A stretch of DNA of 64,000 nucleotides from Podarcis cretensis (lineage: Eukaryota), in contig OX638164.1 in NCBI GenBank assembly GCA_951804945.1, forward strand, positions 22,444,001 to 22,508,000, written 5' to 3'. The notes beneath the pieces were generated by a model that was not told where the DNA came from, did not search any database, and was given only the letters and a program-made list of their open reading frames with translations. A program made the position numbers and the translations under genes. Below, in pieces: positions 11,761 through 25,256 of the stretch. Each line of letters begins with the position of its first letter. Positions within the stretch are counted from its first letter, which is position 1.

Positions 11761-11978
11761 AAACACACACACACACACCCCTCAGTTGGTGACAAATTCA
11801 TTCTCCGAATTAGCTCTGAGATATTCTACTTCAAATTGCTTTCTCTCTAAACTTGTGCCGGAGCAGTTTATAGAGCCTGGGTGGGACAAAGACAACTTGT
11901 ATATTCAGCTCTGCAGCTAAACCCTCCAGAAAAGGATGAGCTGCATGTTGATGTGGTCCACTTAAAAAAAACAAAATT

Positions 11979-12136
11979 GGGCCATAGCTCAGTGGTAGAG
12001 CATCTACTTTGCATGCAGAAGGTCCCAGATGCAATCTCCAGCATCCTTGGAGAGAAATTCTGGAGTGCTGCTGCCAGTCGGTGTAGACAATACTGAGCTA
12101 GATGGGCCCAATGGTCTGACTCAGTATATAGCAGTT
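11979..12136 (+). mobile_element. tRNA-Ala-like SINE with CR1-type tail (Squam2-like)
   Basis: tagctcagtggtagagcatctactttgcatgcagaaggtccc head; tagacaatactgagctagatgg body. Confidence 0.75.
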
Positions 12137-12200
12137 TATCACAGTCCAAGGCCATATTCCAGCCATGCAAAATCACTGGAGGTGGGGATGCAGCAGGGCT

Positions 12201-12450
12201 GCCAGTGTGGTGTAGTGGTTCAGAGTGGTAGACTCGTAATCTGGTGGACCGGGTTTGCATCTCTGCTCCCCCACATGCAGCTGCTGGGTGACCTTGGGCT
12301 AGTCACACTTCTCTGAAGTCTCTCAGCCCCACTCACCTCATAGAGTGTTTGTTGTGGGGGAGGAAGGGAAAAGAAAATGTTAGCCACTTTGAGACTCCTT
12401 CGGGTAGTGATAAAGCGGGATATCAAATCCAAACTCTTCTTCTCTTCTTC
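12201..12450 (+). mobile_element. Squam3-type SINE
   Basis: gccagtgtggtgtagtggtt head, gggtgaccttgggctagtcac core, (CTT)n tail; nearly identical to three other copies in the window. Confidence 0.9.
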
Positions 12451-14181
12451 TAGTGAGGGGTGTGGCTTAGAGTCCACATGGGGAGTCCAAGGGGTTGGAC
12501 AGAGAGGTTTGGAGGGCCACATTGCCATGCCCCTCAACTGCCCAGGGAAAACTCGAACATCCTGTTTTGGGTGCTGCATTCTTGCTCCAAAAAGTGCTTT
12601 TTTTCAGGGCCACAATCTCGCGTGAGTCACGTGATCAGCCCAGGAGTGCAGCCCGGAAGATGCGCATCCCGGTTTTGGGTCTGAACATGTTGGAGGGTAT
12701 GCATTCAGGGCCCCAGGCCTGAGATTCACATTCCCAGTCCTCCCTGGAGATACTGTGGATCTGGGAGCATTTGTGAACCAAGGGCTTAGCCACAACTTCC
12801 TCTTGTCCCACTGGTTTCCCTTGGGGAATTCCGCTCTTTGGCTCTTAATTGGTGCAAATGACAATTTGGTTTCCCTCCAGATTGATGTTTGCTCCGATTT
12901 AGCACTGAAGAGCAGCCTTTCCCTGGGAAAGGAGCAGGGCAAGGGGAAAATGACTCAGACCTGTGTTTCTAGGTACAGGACAAGTGGGAGTTTGTGCTCT
13001 GCCCTTACTGTGGGCTCTGCCATTGAGCTACAACTCTTCCCTTCCACTCTTCACTATCATTTTTAATACTACTACTAAAAAAATATTGTAAACTGAGATG
13101 ATGGCTTTCCATAATTTGCTTTCTTATTCACGTGCATTACAAAATCAAGCCACAAAACTATCCCTCTTTTTAGTAACCGTTTCTAACTCAGCGATGGCTA
13201 GGCTACCTGGGAGAATGCAGTTTTCCTGGTTAGACCAGTAGAACATTGGCTGGCTGACGCCTTTATGACATCAACTTCTGGGTCACTTCTGGGTTTGGTT
13301 TGACGTGTGTATATATGGTCACACACATATTGAAGGCACATAAATGGGGGGGGGCTACCTGTATACCTCCTTGAGTTCCTTAGAGGAAATGTGGAAGTGT
13401 AACTGTAATATAAACTAAATAAATAATAGCCACTGATAGAGATCTCCTCCATAAACCTGCCTAATTCTGCCTTTAACGCTACCTAAACCTGTATCCATCA
13501 CCACATTTGGTGATGAATTCCATACATTAATTACAGAGTTAATTTAGGGGCTTGACTCATCAGTTTGTGGGCGTTTCTGTCTTCAAGGTATCTCAGCTTG
13601 TAATGATTCATCACTTTGATTTTGAGTAAGATTTGGCTGATGGGATGGATGGATGGAGTGCATGTGTATGCATTTTCTTCCTAATGTATATCTTTCTTAT
13701 TCTTAAAGTGTAAGTTCGAATGATGAATAGGGATATCGAGCTGATTCAGCTATGCTGCCATGTCCACTTCAAGAGCTCACATGCCATTTCATGCCTGGCA
13801 GTAGGTCTTCATGAGACACCTAATGCTGCATGATGCCATTTCGTATTTGCATGAGCAAATCTCTGAAAGCTCCCTCACATTGCACACTTCCTTGATAAAC
13901 ATAAAAAAATGCATTCAGAAGGTTTTAGCCCTCCCATGAACTACAATGGAGCCTAGAGATAAGATGAAGCAATGGAATGCTCTTCACATAGTCTTTTAAT
14001 ATTTTAGGTTGTAGCCAACTAAGGTTGTATTTTAAAAATAAAAATAAATATTTTTATTTATTTTAGGTTGTAGCCAACTAAGTTCTCTTCAGAGTAGAGC
14101 CATTAAAATGAATAAACCTAAATTAGTTGGGTTCATTGATTTCAGTATGACTGCAGCCCAATCTGCAGTATACTTTTAAAG

Positions 14182-14319
14182 CAGCCTTTCTCAACCTGTG
14201 GGTCCCCATATGTTGTTGAACTACAACTCCCATCACCCTTAGCTAGCAAGGCCAGAGCTCAGGGATGATGGGAGTTGTAGTCCAACAACATTTGGGGACC
14301 CACAGGTTGAGAACCGCTG
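14182..14319. mobile_element. hAT MITE
   Basis: Palindromic; exact 8-bp TSD ttttaaag at 14174-14181 and 14320-14327. Confidence 0.9.
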
Positions 14320-14541
14320 TTTTAAAGCATCATCATGTCACTTTAAACAGTCACGACTTTCCCTCCAAAGAACCCTGGGAGCTGTAGTTTGTTATGGGCG
14401 CTGGGAGCTGTTAGGAGACTCCAGTTTCTTCCACAGAACTACAGTCCCCAGTGTGGATTAACAGTAATCCCCTCTTCCCAGGACACTACTTTTAGCGGCA
14501 CTTGTAGCAGCATCTGTATCACACTACAGTTCCCAGGACTC

Positions 14542-14919
14542 CAGACCCTCCAAGTGTCCCTATTTTCCAGGGACATGCCTGATTTAGAGAAGCCATCCCA
14601 GTTTCTGATTTGATCCCAGAATGTCTCACTTTTCCTTAGGAAAAAAGTTGCAGAAATGTTGGCAGGTATGGTAGGATGTCCCTATTTTCCTTGGAGAAAT
14701 GTTGGAGGGTAAGGAGTTACCCAACCCCCGAGCTCTCTGAACGAAATCCTGTATAGGGTAGGTTTTTAATTTTTAAAAATGTTTTATTATGTTTTTATAT
14801 ATGGTGGAAGCTGCCCAGAGTGGCTGGGGCAACCCAGTAAGATGTGTGGGGTGTGAATAGTAATTATCTTTATGGAATGGGACATCCCTATTTTCATCAG
14901 AGAAATGTGGGAGGGTGTG
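14542..14919. mobile_element. MITE with repeated gtccctatttt subterminal motifs, nested in a Harbinger-like MITE
   Basis: Termini cagaccctcc / ggagggtgtg; host sequence resumes on both sides. Confidence 0.55.
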
Positions 14920-17389
14920 GGATTCTTGGGGAGAAGCCATGACTATAAATAAATAATAAATATCGAGGGGGTGGCAGGTATTGTTTTTGTTTGTTATTAT
15001 GGTACGTATTTTGTGTTTCTATGTTGTAAGCATAAATACATCTTCAGATGAATGGCAGCATAGAAGTGTAACGTGATACTGTTTTTATGTTATAGACCAG
15101 ATGGTGCCTAACTTAGAATACAACCCTTAATTTTCTTCCAAAGCTTTTCCTTTTTTGGTGGGGGAAGTAGAGTATTAGAGAAACAAACTCTCAGATTTCC
15201 CAATCATTGATGGCGATGTTAAGACAAAGTTTAAGTTATAAAGGGGTGAGTTAACAGGCATTAATTCCTAACTAGGATGCTACATTTGTGAAATATTTAT
15301 TACACTCCAATATATTGCATGTTTACTCAAAAAGTAAGTTGCAGTGATTTGAGCAGGATTTACTCCCTAGGAAATGTGCACATGTGTATAGCCTTAGCTG
15401 TAATCTACAGATTCTAGGAGGTGTCTATAATGGCTTAAAGGAAGGTAATGTTAAGTGCTTAAGCGACAGAACCTTTTGGATTCTCCCTCCAAACTAAAAG
15501 CCTGTCCTAAAACACCCTCTCCTTTTTTTGCCTCTATTTTCCCAGAAGATTCTTCTCCTCCTCCTTTTGAGTTCTGAATTTTATCAGCAATTCTTATGCT
15601 AACAGGGGTCAGGAGATGAGAAGTTTCTCACGTTACAGATGAAGCTTCTCATGAATAATGGCCCATATCACCTCCATTGTCTGCCCCCAAACATAAGCAG
15701 CTAGACATAAGGCCAGAGGAGAATTTTAAAAGCAGTGAATGCACCAGAAAGGTTTGAGCCAAAGCCGAGTGAGTCTGGCAGGGAAACAAATGCAAGGTGG
15801 AGCAGATGGTTATTTGGGGAAGAAAAGGGCGATGAGTTGAGCAGATTAAACTGTTGAGCAGCTAGAGAATGAGACACATTCTCAGATTTAAAAGTACCTT
15901 GAAGTCTTCAGAACAGGATTAAAATAATTGCAAAGGGAGATCACTGTAGCCAGTATAAACTACAGATAGTTATTCCCCAGTGTTTTGTTTTTTTTAATAC
16001 AAAACCTAATTAAGTAGATAGCACTGGGCTTTTCATAGAAGTTTGATGAGAACAGGTGCATGTGTGAGATGGACAATGCTTTGTGATGTTAGCTGTTGTG
16101 GTACAAACCACTCTGTGTGTTTGGAGCAGGGAAGACTCAAAAGCACTCGCTATTATGGGGATGCAGTGTTGAAAAATACTCTCCTCTTTAAACAATTTTT
16201 GTGGCCATGCATGCAAAAAAAAAGTCTACCTATTCTCTTAAATGGCCTTCTATTGTCTCTGAATTTATTTTGGTTGCTTTCGTTGTCATGTAGCCAAATC
16301 TGATTGGCTATGCAATGTTATGATCTCATTTTCTTCAGTATGTGATTCCTAGTTGGTTGAGATTGCCCAACCCAGGCGAGAGAAAAGTAGCAGTCTTTCT
16401 AATGGCATGAAAGCCACAATCGTGTTGCCAAATAGAAGTGAAAACAGGTGAATTTTCTTATAATCAAAATGTTCCTCGAAAAACATTATTAATTTCTCCC
16501 CTGAAATCATTGCTGGTCCAGAAAGGAAAAATATTCCCCAATTGTAAAGACCCTCTCTTTTATTGCATCATTTCATCACAGCAATTTTATGGATGTCCTT
16601 GCAGAGAATTCCACCTTATTCACAGGTGATATAGGTGGAAGGCATGATTTTATCGATTCTTCTGGATGGGCAGAGCTATTCAAATGGTTTTGGGTGGGTG
16701 GGTGCACATTCCATTGTGGTGAGGCAAGCAATAGTGGTGGTTCCCCATTTCCATCTATTTTCTTTCATGGGAAGAAAATCTAGTTTTCCTGTTGTCTGTG
16801 GCTGTGGGTCAGCCCTTCTAGACACCCTTTTTAAGTTAAGACCATCCACATTGTCTGCTTCTGTAGATTTGCAATCTTTGACATTTCTGCTTCTTAATGC
16901 AAGGCTAGAGCTGTCAACTGGGGCCATATTCTAGATTCTCAATGCCATCTGATATTTGACTCTTTGGGGACATGGTGATGCTGCTACTACCTCCAATTGC
17001 ATAATAGTGGTACCACTATTTGATCATGTTCTTGCCACTAATGTTCATAGCATATGAACACTTTAGGTTGTGCTAACACTAGTGGTATGCACCAGCCATA
17101 GTGGTATGTCAAAGCCCAATTCAGCACTTCAGGGGACTTTAAAAATGACTATCTATATCTATATCTATATCTATATCTATATCATCTATATATATATTAT
17201 CCTTTTTAAAGGATAAAATTTGCAGACATGGTAACCTCTCTAGTGTGCATGAAACTTGATAAATAAAAGCCACACAGATCCCAGGTTTTCATGTTGGACA
17301 ACTTTTAAAGTTGATTGATGGAGAAGGGAGACCTTAAAGGGATTCACTTTCCAAGTAATACCATTCCTTCTCATTCCAAGCTTGATGTT

Positions 17390-17600
17390 TTAGTCAAAAC
17401 AGAGAACTTCCGATCCAGCTTCTGGTTAAACACCTCTGGTGAAGAAGAGCCCACCACCTCCCAAGGCAGTCTGTTATACTAACAAGCAGTTCTTACTTTT
17501 AGGACGCTTCCCCAATCCCTTGTTCAAACATGCATCCCTGAAATATCCACCCATTGATTCTCACCCTGCCCTCTGGAGTCACAGAGAGCAAGTCTGATTC
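17390..17600 (-). mobile_element. CR1 fragment
   Basis: Similar to 1340-1550 (aaacacctc..gcccaccacctcccaaggcagtctgtt). Confidence 0.6.
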
Positions 17601-18291
17601 ATCTGGATCTGTAACCCAACAACTATCCACCCCAGGTGTGAAGCTCCTGGCCGAGAAAGGAGTACGTATATTGGGAAACCACTTAGTCTTGCTCTTTACA
17701 TCCCCTGGATACCCAGCAGACCTGACCCACTACTAAAGAACTTGAGTTCTGTCCATTGTTGGGAGCAACCAGCTACTCATCCTAGGAGCTCTCCAAGGTC
17801 CTGTAGACCTTAGACTTGTTATCTGCTTGGGGTCAAATTAGACATGTTGAGCAGTAGCTATCTTTCTTTAGTCATGCATCTGCTCTTTTATGGTGTTTGT
17901 GTGTGTGTGTTGGGGGGAGATTTTACTTTTTGCAACTAAAGGAGGACCTGGATCTTCCCCTTCTTTTCTCACTGCACTTTGTAACTTCATACACTTTCCC
18001 CTCCAAACTTAGCTCAATCCAGATATTGGAGCCAGGATAGGAAAAGAGGTGGCTGAAGCAACAATCCTGTGGGTTTTGGAGCAGAAAATATCAGCTCTGC
18101 ATACCTTTCATTGCAAAATGTAGGCGTGACCACATCCCAGCAGAAGTGAGCAATATAGCCTGGGGCATAAGTTCTGAGGGCCCAGAGATTGCACTCAGAT
18201 TTCTGAAGGCTCAGGGTCAGATTCTAAAAGATAGAAAAGTCAAGGCAATAGCAGTCTGGGCAGCAACTACTGTAGGTGATAATCTCATATA

Positions 18292-18480
18292 AACATAGGA
18301 AGCTGCCTTATACCCAGTCAGTCCATTGGCCCATTTAGCTCAATATTGTCTACACTGACCTGCAGCAACTCTTCAGGGTTTCAGGCAGGGGACTGTTCCA
18401 GGCCTTCCTGGGCATGCCATGGATTAAACATGGGACGTACAACGTGCAAAGCAGGGTCTCTATTCACTGAGCTATGACCC
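18292..18480 (-). mobile_element. tRNA-Ala-like SINE with CR1-type tail (Squam2-like)
   Basis: Reverse complement reads gggtcatagctcagtgaatagag..tgtagacaatattgagcta..aaggcagcttcctatgtt. Confidence 0.75.
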
Positions 18481-18799
18481 TTCCCTATAGCTCAGACTTC
18501 GGAGCCATGCCTGAGACACTAAGGACATTACTCAAGACCCATTCTTCCTTTGCATTAAAAATCCAGTGCTTTCGAATTTTGTGCCTTTTTGTTGTTGTTG
18601 CCATGCAGGGTGAAACAAACATATGCTCAGCTGAAAGTGTTCCAACTTTCTTATTCAAAGGAAGACGCGCTTCCAATTTTCCTTCATTTTAACTGCGGCT
18701 CGAAGATGTCTGCTATGGATATCATATATGTTATGATGTCAGGCACAGGAAAGGTAGGCGTAGCTCACCCAAAATGGCCTGGTGGGCCAACCTCTAAGG

Positions 18800-19323
18800 C
18801 TCAGCATAAGGCTATCAATGGCTACTAACCCTGATGGCTATATCCTGCCTCCACTGTTGGAGGCAGTAGGCCTCTGAATGCCAGTTGCTGGCAAGCACAA
18901 GTAGGAAGAAGGTGGTGCTGCGGCCATGTCCTGCTTGTGGGCTTCCCACAGGCATCTTGTTGACTATGGTGAGATCAGAATGCTGGATCTGACCTGAACT
19001 GAAGGAACCTCTTCACCCCCATCATTCTACCTGGACACTGAGGTCCAGCGCCAAGGGCCTTCTGGTGGTTCCCTCACTGCGAGAAGCCAAGTTACAGGGA
19101 ACCAGGCAGAGGGCCTTTTTGGTAGTGGCACCCGCCCTGTGGAATGCCCTCCCACCAGATGTCAAAGAGAACGACAACTACCAGACTTTTAGAAGACATC
19201 TGAAGGCAGCCCTGTTTAGGGAAGCTTTTAATGTTTGATGCATTACAGTATTTTAATATTTTGTTGGAAGCCGCCCAGAGTGGCTAGGGAAGCCACTGGG
19301 GAAGTGGCTGGGGTATAAATAAA

Positions 19324-19380
<57 letters not shown>

Positions 19381-19410
19381 CCAGCAGGGCTCTTCTTATG
19401 TTCTTATGAA
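18800..19410 (+). mobile_element. CR1-type 3' UTR interrupted by an L2 3' fragment (about 18992-19378) with an (ATT)n tail
   Basis: ggctatcaatggctact..|..atccagcagggctcttcttatgttctta; the inner segment matches L2 copies at 62015 and 62730. Confidence 0.8.
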
Positions 19411-19911
19411 ATCAGAGATGCAGACTGGGAATTCCTCACCCCTGCTATAATTCTGTGCCTCTCAGTTCTGACCGTGTGAGTGAAACCCATGTTAAAATTT
19501 CTCACGAGTCCTAACTCGTGATGTCAACCCATTTGGAGGTCGCCTGCACTTCCACCCTGGGGGGAGCCTGCATGAGTAGGTGTCTTCTCACTCACAACAT
19601 GTCCTCGATGCTACATGGTTTACAATGCCGCAGCATTTTCTGTGATCTAGAAATGCTCAGAGGCCAGTTATGTGCCATTCCCCCCCCGCCCTCCGCCAGC
19701 CCTGCTCAAACGCTTACACTCCACCAGGTCTAGAGAAAGGGGTTTGGAGAGTCCTGCTTGCTCAGCCACAGTTTAGATGGCAGAATGATTCTGGCTAGCT
19801 GTGTAGCTAATGGGGGGTGACTGGTCCAAGTCAGGAAGAAAAATGGATTTCCCTCTGTCAACTTGCATGCACCTTAAACACACATTAAGCACTCCCAAGA
19901 TAAATAGCTTG

Positions 19912-19912
<1 letters not shown>

Positions 19913-19957
<45 letters not shown>
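19913..19957. repeat. (TG)n microsatellite
   Basis: Seen directly. Confidence 0.98.
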
Positions 19958-19958
<1 letters not shown>

Positions 19959-20569
19959 AGGGTGTCTAGTCAGGGTTGTGTTCTTCTTCTTCTTCTTCTG
20001 TTTTTAACCATTTTTGCCCAGGAAATTTAAATGTTGCACCAAGAAATGCTGCATTCTGCAACCTGTACGCATAATGCACGTCAGGCAGATTTCCACAATT
20101 TGTTCTGGTTTTGCTAGCCGTGAGGAAGAGGTAAAAGACCCCAGTGGGGTGCTTAAAAAATTCCTTGCCCCCTAAGCTACTAGGAATCTTATTCAGCATC
20201 CCTTTTCTTATGACTTTCAGGTTTTATACTGGTATTGCTCATACAGCTCGAAGCATGCCTCTATGATCATTAGGATTAGGAATTTACTTTATTTTAATAT
20301 TTTTTTAAAAAAGAAAAAGAAAAGAAAGCTTTTGTTCTGGTTTTCTCTTGTGCTTCAGCAGAATCCCAGCATATGCAAGGCGGTTAGTGAGACTGACTCC
20401 CTCCCAGTCCCTGCATGCTGAAGATTTGGATAGAGATGAGCTGCAGAGATGGCGGGGGGGGGGGGTGTTAGAGGAAGTCATTGAACTACTACTGGACCAA
20501 ATCTCATGCTCCCCTCTCCCCGATTAAGGGGATATTTTGTCATTATCCCCCTTTCTGGTCACGTTTTAG

Positions 20570-23049
20570 CATTGGAGCCACTCAGCAAATTAATAGGTAC
20601 AGAAATGCAATGCTCTGTTCTTATTACACGCTATCGATCTGATTGCAGTGTCATTAATTGAAAGACTCGGGAAAGGTGATGGATGATGCAGATCTGGATT
20701 CCACATTTTCGTCTTGGTGGAGCCCTGCAGGAGACTAGCTGCAAGGAGCTGATTGAAACCCCCACCCCACCCCCGTCTCCCCCACCCCCTTTTTGGGACT
20801 GACATGAATTATTCCTCCATTGTCAGACCTTGTAACTGCATTCAGACATTGGGAGATTTACAATGTGAAATTCTAAATGTCAATCTGCTTTAAATGTGTG
20901 TGTCTGTGTGTGTGCTTTTTTAAAAATACAATTTTGAAATGCTGAAGAAAGCTGTTGTAAAAGCATGCACCCTAATCTTATGTACAAATCTATCATCTGT
21001 CTGTCTGTCTGTCTACCTATCTATCTAATCTCCATGAACTGATCTTTTTCCTCTTACTTGACTCCACATAATTTCAGCACAGGCCTGACTTGAAAACTGG
21101 TTTGCCTAATCAAGGAGCATTTGTTACCGTTTCCCTTACACCTGAATTGCAGACAGATTTATAAATTGGAAAGAGCTGTGTTCATCATTTTAATCTCCCA
21201 GAAATCTTTCGTTGCTATTTCTCCGATGTGTGCGCGTGGATATACACATTTTTGCTGTGGCTGCATGAACGGGGCAAGATTAAATCAAGTTGGCTGGAAG
21301 GCAGATTTTTTTCAAAAGCTTCCCCTTTCCCCAAAATGGCTTAATTTTATTGGAATAATACACCCATGCTGCTTTGAGAACACACCCAAAGGTAAAAAAA
21401 AATAAATGCAATGTGGTTTATTTTATTTTTAAAACCAAAACTCATCTTGAATAATTGAGACATTAAAGTTGGAACAGAATTTCGTTTCCTGAGTCTGCAC
21501 AGCATCTCTCCGCGTATGCCCCAAATAAAATATAATTATACAAGATTCTAAGGTCAAGGTTGTCTTGCTTTGCTGAAATTTGGATAGACAGTGAAGTCAG
21601 TGCACATGTAGAGCTCTTTTGCTGAATGGAACAATACGCACTGTGAGCCAGGCTTTGGCTTCTGCCTTGCTTCAACTTATCGTTTGTAGTGGCAAGGAGT
21701 TCCACTAAAATGTCCAGGCAACGAGTCGCTGTTGAAACACTTCGAAGCAAAAGTGGGGGGGTGTGTGTAAGTCATTTGAATAACAAATGTTCCAGATATG
21801 CCCAGACAACATGGAATATTGAATTGTGCAAAACTGGCAAAATTAGCAGTGCAATATTGTGTGTGCGTCCATACCTGGAACTCCCAGGTATGTGTGTACA
21901 AGGTTACACTCTTAAGATATTCAGAGGTGAAGTACGTGAGATGGGGCTGCTTCCTTGCCATAGACTATTTCGTCTTCAAAAAATGAAAGGGTCAATTTAT
22001 ATTGCTGTGTTCTGGAAGGAAAATGTTTTAATTTATATATATATATATAAAGAAGACAAGCACTCAGGAGAAGGAGAAGAAGCACATAGTTATGAACCCA
22101 CTATATCCTTGCCTCTCCTGTTCTGGTAACTGCAACATGCTCATCCCAGGGACTTAGCCCTTGTACAACGATCTCATTCTGTTCCCTCCTCAAATAAGGC
22201 ACAAAGCGCTGATTCTAAAACAGGTAATCAAAAAGCATAATTTTGGATCCCATCCAAACTTAATATCTAGCTATCTAGCTATTTGCTGAGAGAATAAAGC
22301 CACCTTTTAACACCTTCCTTGCGTGATGTGGGTTTGCAGATGGCTAACTCAGAGAGCGCATGGATTCATTTTTGCAGCAGAGCCCCGCTCACGGTTGGGG
22401 GTTTGCAAGTCCCTTCCCCCCTCCTCCCCATTCCACACACAGTGAGCCCCCATTCCTCCACATGCATATATTTTAACATTTCTTTGTTCGGTGGAGAAGC
22501 AGATGATTTTGTCGTTCTATGCTTGTCACTGGTCAGAGGTTTTGTGCAAAATAGATCTGAGCAGAGCTAGAGGGTTGCTCTTCCATGAGGTCACAAAGCT
22601 CAGAAATCACACAAGGTCTTCCCTTTTCTTCTTAACGCGATCCTGTCTTTTTGGGGGGGGGTGGGGGGGGGAGGGAAAGAGCCAGATTATGAAAGTTTAA
22701 AAAATGCAGTGCTTTCCATATTGTCGCAATCGACAGTGCACATTTCAAGCGCTGGGGCTGTAATCCGAAGCCCTTGGCGAGTGGCGTGCTGGCAATGGCT
22801 GAAATAAATAAACAAATAAATGTACAGGGACCATCTAATTGAGCTTAGTGGGCTCCCTTCTGAACAGACCTGTAGGAGATTGTGCTGCAAGGATCTCAGA
22901 GTGGTTTGGATTTTGGCATACCCATTTAATAGCATTGCTAAACAACAGCAGTGCCCTTTCATATACAATGACTGGATGTATTTATTTTATTTTATTTTTT
23001 TGCATTTTTAAAAGTCTCACATTGCGTATCAGATTAAGCAATTCCCTCA

Positions 23050-23085
<36 letters not shown>

Positions 23086-23420
23086 TTCTTTTTGGTAGCC
23101 CGGCCTTTTCCCTCTGTTTCTCAGGATTCCCAGCCCCTCTGAGGATGAGCGAATCTAAGGGGTATCAGGGTTGCTGAGGGTGAGAGTGAAAAAAGCTCCC
23201 TTTGGTATCGTTGCTCAGGCTTCCAGCCACTGAGCTGGCCGGCTGCCAGCATGCAACCTTATGCCACCGCAAGGAGCTCTGTCTGCACATTAAATACCTA
23301 CACAAATGTTGCTGTTTAGCAGAAATGAAATTATTTGCATCCAAGGACCACAAAGCGCATTGAATGCAGCCAAAATGCTTCGAAGGGTGGGCAAGGATTA
23401 GGTGCAAGACAGAAAAGTAA
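20570..23420. promoter_or_regulatory. Cluster of CNE-like candidate enhancers
   Basis: No recognisable TE; homeodomain TAAT cores, PBX-HOX TGATGGATGA at 20677-20686 with TGTCA at 20649-20653; retained CpGs. Confidence 0.4.
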
Positions 23421-24481
23421 CACTCTGTCCTTTTCCGACATTGTTTTCAGTATCTAGATTATGATCTACCCCTCCCCCTGCCTTTAGTTCTTGTTATGGG
23501 GTTTTACTGAGCTTAATAATTTGGGAAGGTTGGCTTCCAGCTTGCTTGCACCCTCTGGGAGCTAAATTTACAAGCACATTGCAAAGGAGAGATTTGTATG
23601 TGTATGTATATATGTATATATGTGTGTATGTGTATAAATATATTCCTTGTGGTTAAAGCTGATAAGAACATAACAAGCGAAACATAAAACTGACGGTGGT
23701 CAGGTTCTTAAAAAAAGAAAAACCTATTTAAAATGTTCTTAATGTGAACAATGCCTTTAAAAGAAAAGCAAACATGCTCTACATTTTTAAGATTCCCCCG
23801 AAAAAGAGAGGTCTGTTGAATAATCCCCACACACTACACCTTCCCATTTTCTTTGTTTTGGATTTTTAAAAAATATTAAATCTCTTCCCACTGCCACTTT
23901 TCCCAACTTCAAACTAGATCTGTGTTGGAAATAGTAAGAAAGTCATATGCATTTCATATCTGTCTTCCACTCTCTGGAAACTGACTGCTCTCAGAAACAG
24001 CCATGGATTACCCCTAGAACCTTTGAAAAACAATATTTTAATTTTCTCCTAGTTTTAACTGCTAAAAAAATAAAGCAAAACATCTGGGGGGGGATTTCAA
24101 AATCGAATACTAATATTATTGTGAATAACCTTATAGTACTGAAAACAGAAAGGGATGATCTTTTGTTTTTGTTTTTAAAAAAGGCAGAAAATGAGAAGCA
24201 TTTATGTTGCAAGCAAAGTTACTGTACGTGACCCAGGTGTTAGAGCTTATTTGCATATTTCCCACCTTTTGTACACCCCGACGCATGGGGATCTCATGCT
24301 ATTGCTGACTAATTGATAGTTGTAGTAACTGCTATAGGCTATCCTTCACTTAACAAATGCATGCAGATGTGTTATCTCGATTCAAACATTTAAGGAACAC
24401 ACACCCTCACTTACTTACATGGACAGAAAGTCTTCATACTAATAGAGGTGTGTGATGCAGATAGCAGGACATAAAACAGGA

Positions 24482-24483
<2 letters not shown>

Positions 24484-24516
<33 letters not shown>

Positions 24517-24542
24517 ATGCACACACACACACACACACACAC
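24484..24542. repeat. (CA)n microsatellite, interrupted
   Basis: Seen directly; another (CA)n at 23051-23082. Confidence 0.97.
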
Positions 24543-24949
24543 GGCATCCAGTGAATATGCCCCTACAAACAGTTCTAAAATTGCATTTGCAAATGCTGAA
24601 GTCTTCAGAACTGCCCAAAGGTTCCGAACATCCTCTTAGGCTCCTCTTGGTGGGACGTCTCCATCCAGAATGTCCGAAAAAAAGTGGAGAAGGTGAGAAC
24701 TCTGCCATCTTAGTGCTGTATTCATCTGATTTTTCTCTCCCTCTCTCCCTCTCTCCCTCTCTCTCTTTCCTCCACCCCCACTCCCCCCATATTCCTCATG
24801 CCATTGTCCATTCTTATGATGGCAGCCTCTCTTGCTCTTGAATGGAAGTGTCACAGCAGGAGCCCAAAAAGGGGTCCAGGCAGCATTGTCAATGCCACGG
24901 TTGCCTATTGTTTCTTCGTCTTTCACTTTGCTGCTTTTCTGAACCTCTT

Positions 24950-25256
24950 TCTCTATCAGTGGCCCCTGTCAAGGGGAGGTGGTAGCGAAGGAAGGAGAAG
25001 ATATCTACCAGAGAGTTATTCATCACATAGCTATCTATCTATAGTGCACCGGGTGTCTGATAAACAGCTCCGCAATGCATCCTGCAAAATTAGGAATTAT
25101 AACGCCGGTGCGGCATTCTTTTGCCTTTCTCATTTTTGTCGCTCGCTGCCCGTATGTCAAATGCTGTGGTATCTTGAGAGACTTTTTTGTGTTGGCGATT
25201 TGGGAGGGGAGGGTATATATGCATATATGACTTGCTTTTTTATTTTCCGACCAGCG
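24950..25256 (+). other. Candidate promoter and first exon ending at a splice donor
   Basis: Locally CpG-enriched, preceded by CA and CT tracts; donor GCG|GTAAGA at 25256/25257; in-frame ATGs at 25161 and 25227 (phase 0). Start coordinate is a guess. Confidence 0.45.
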
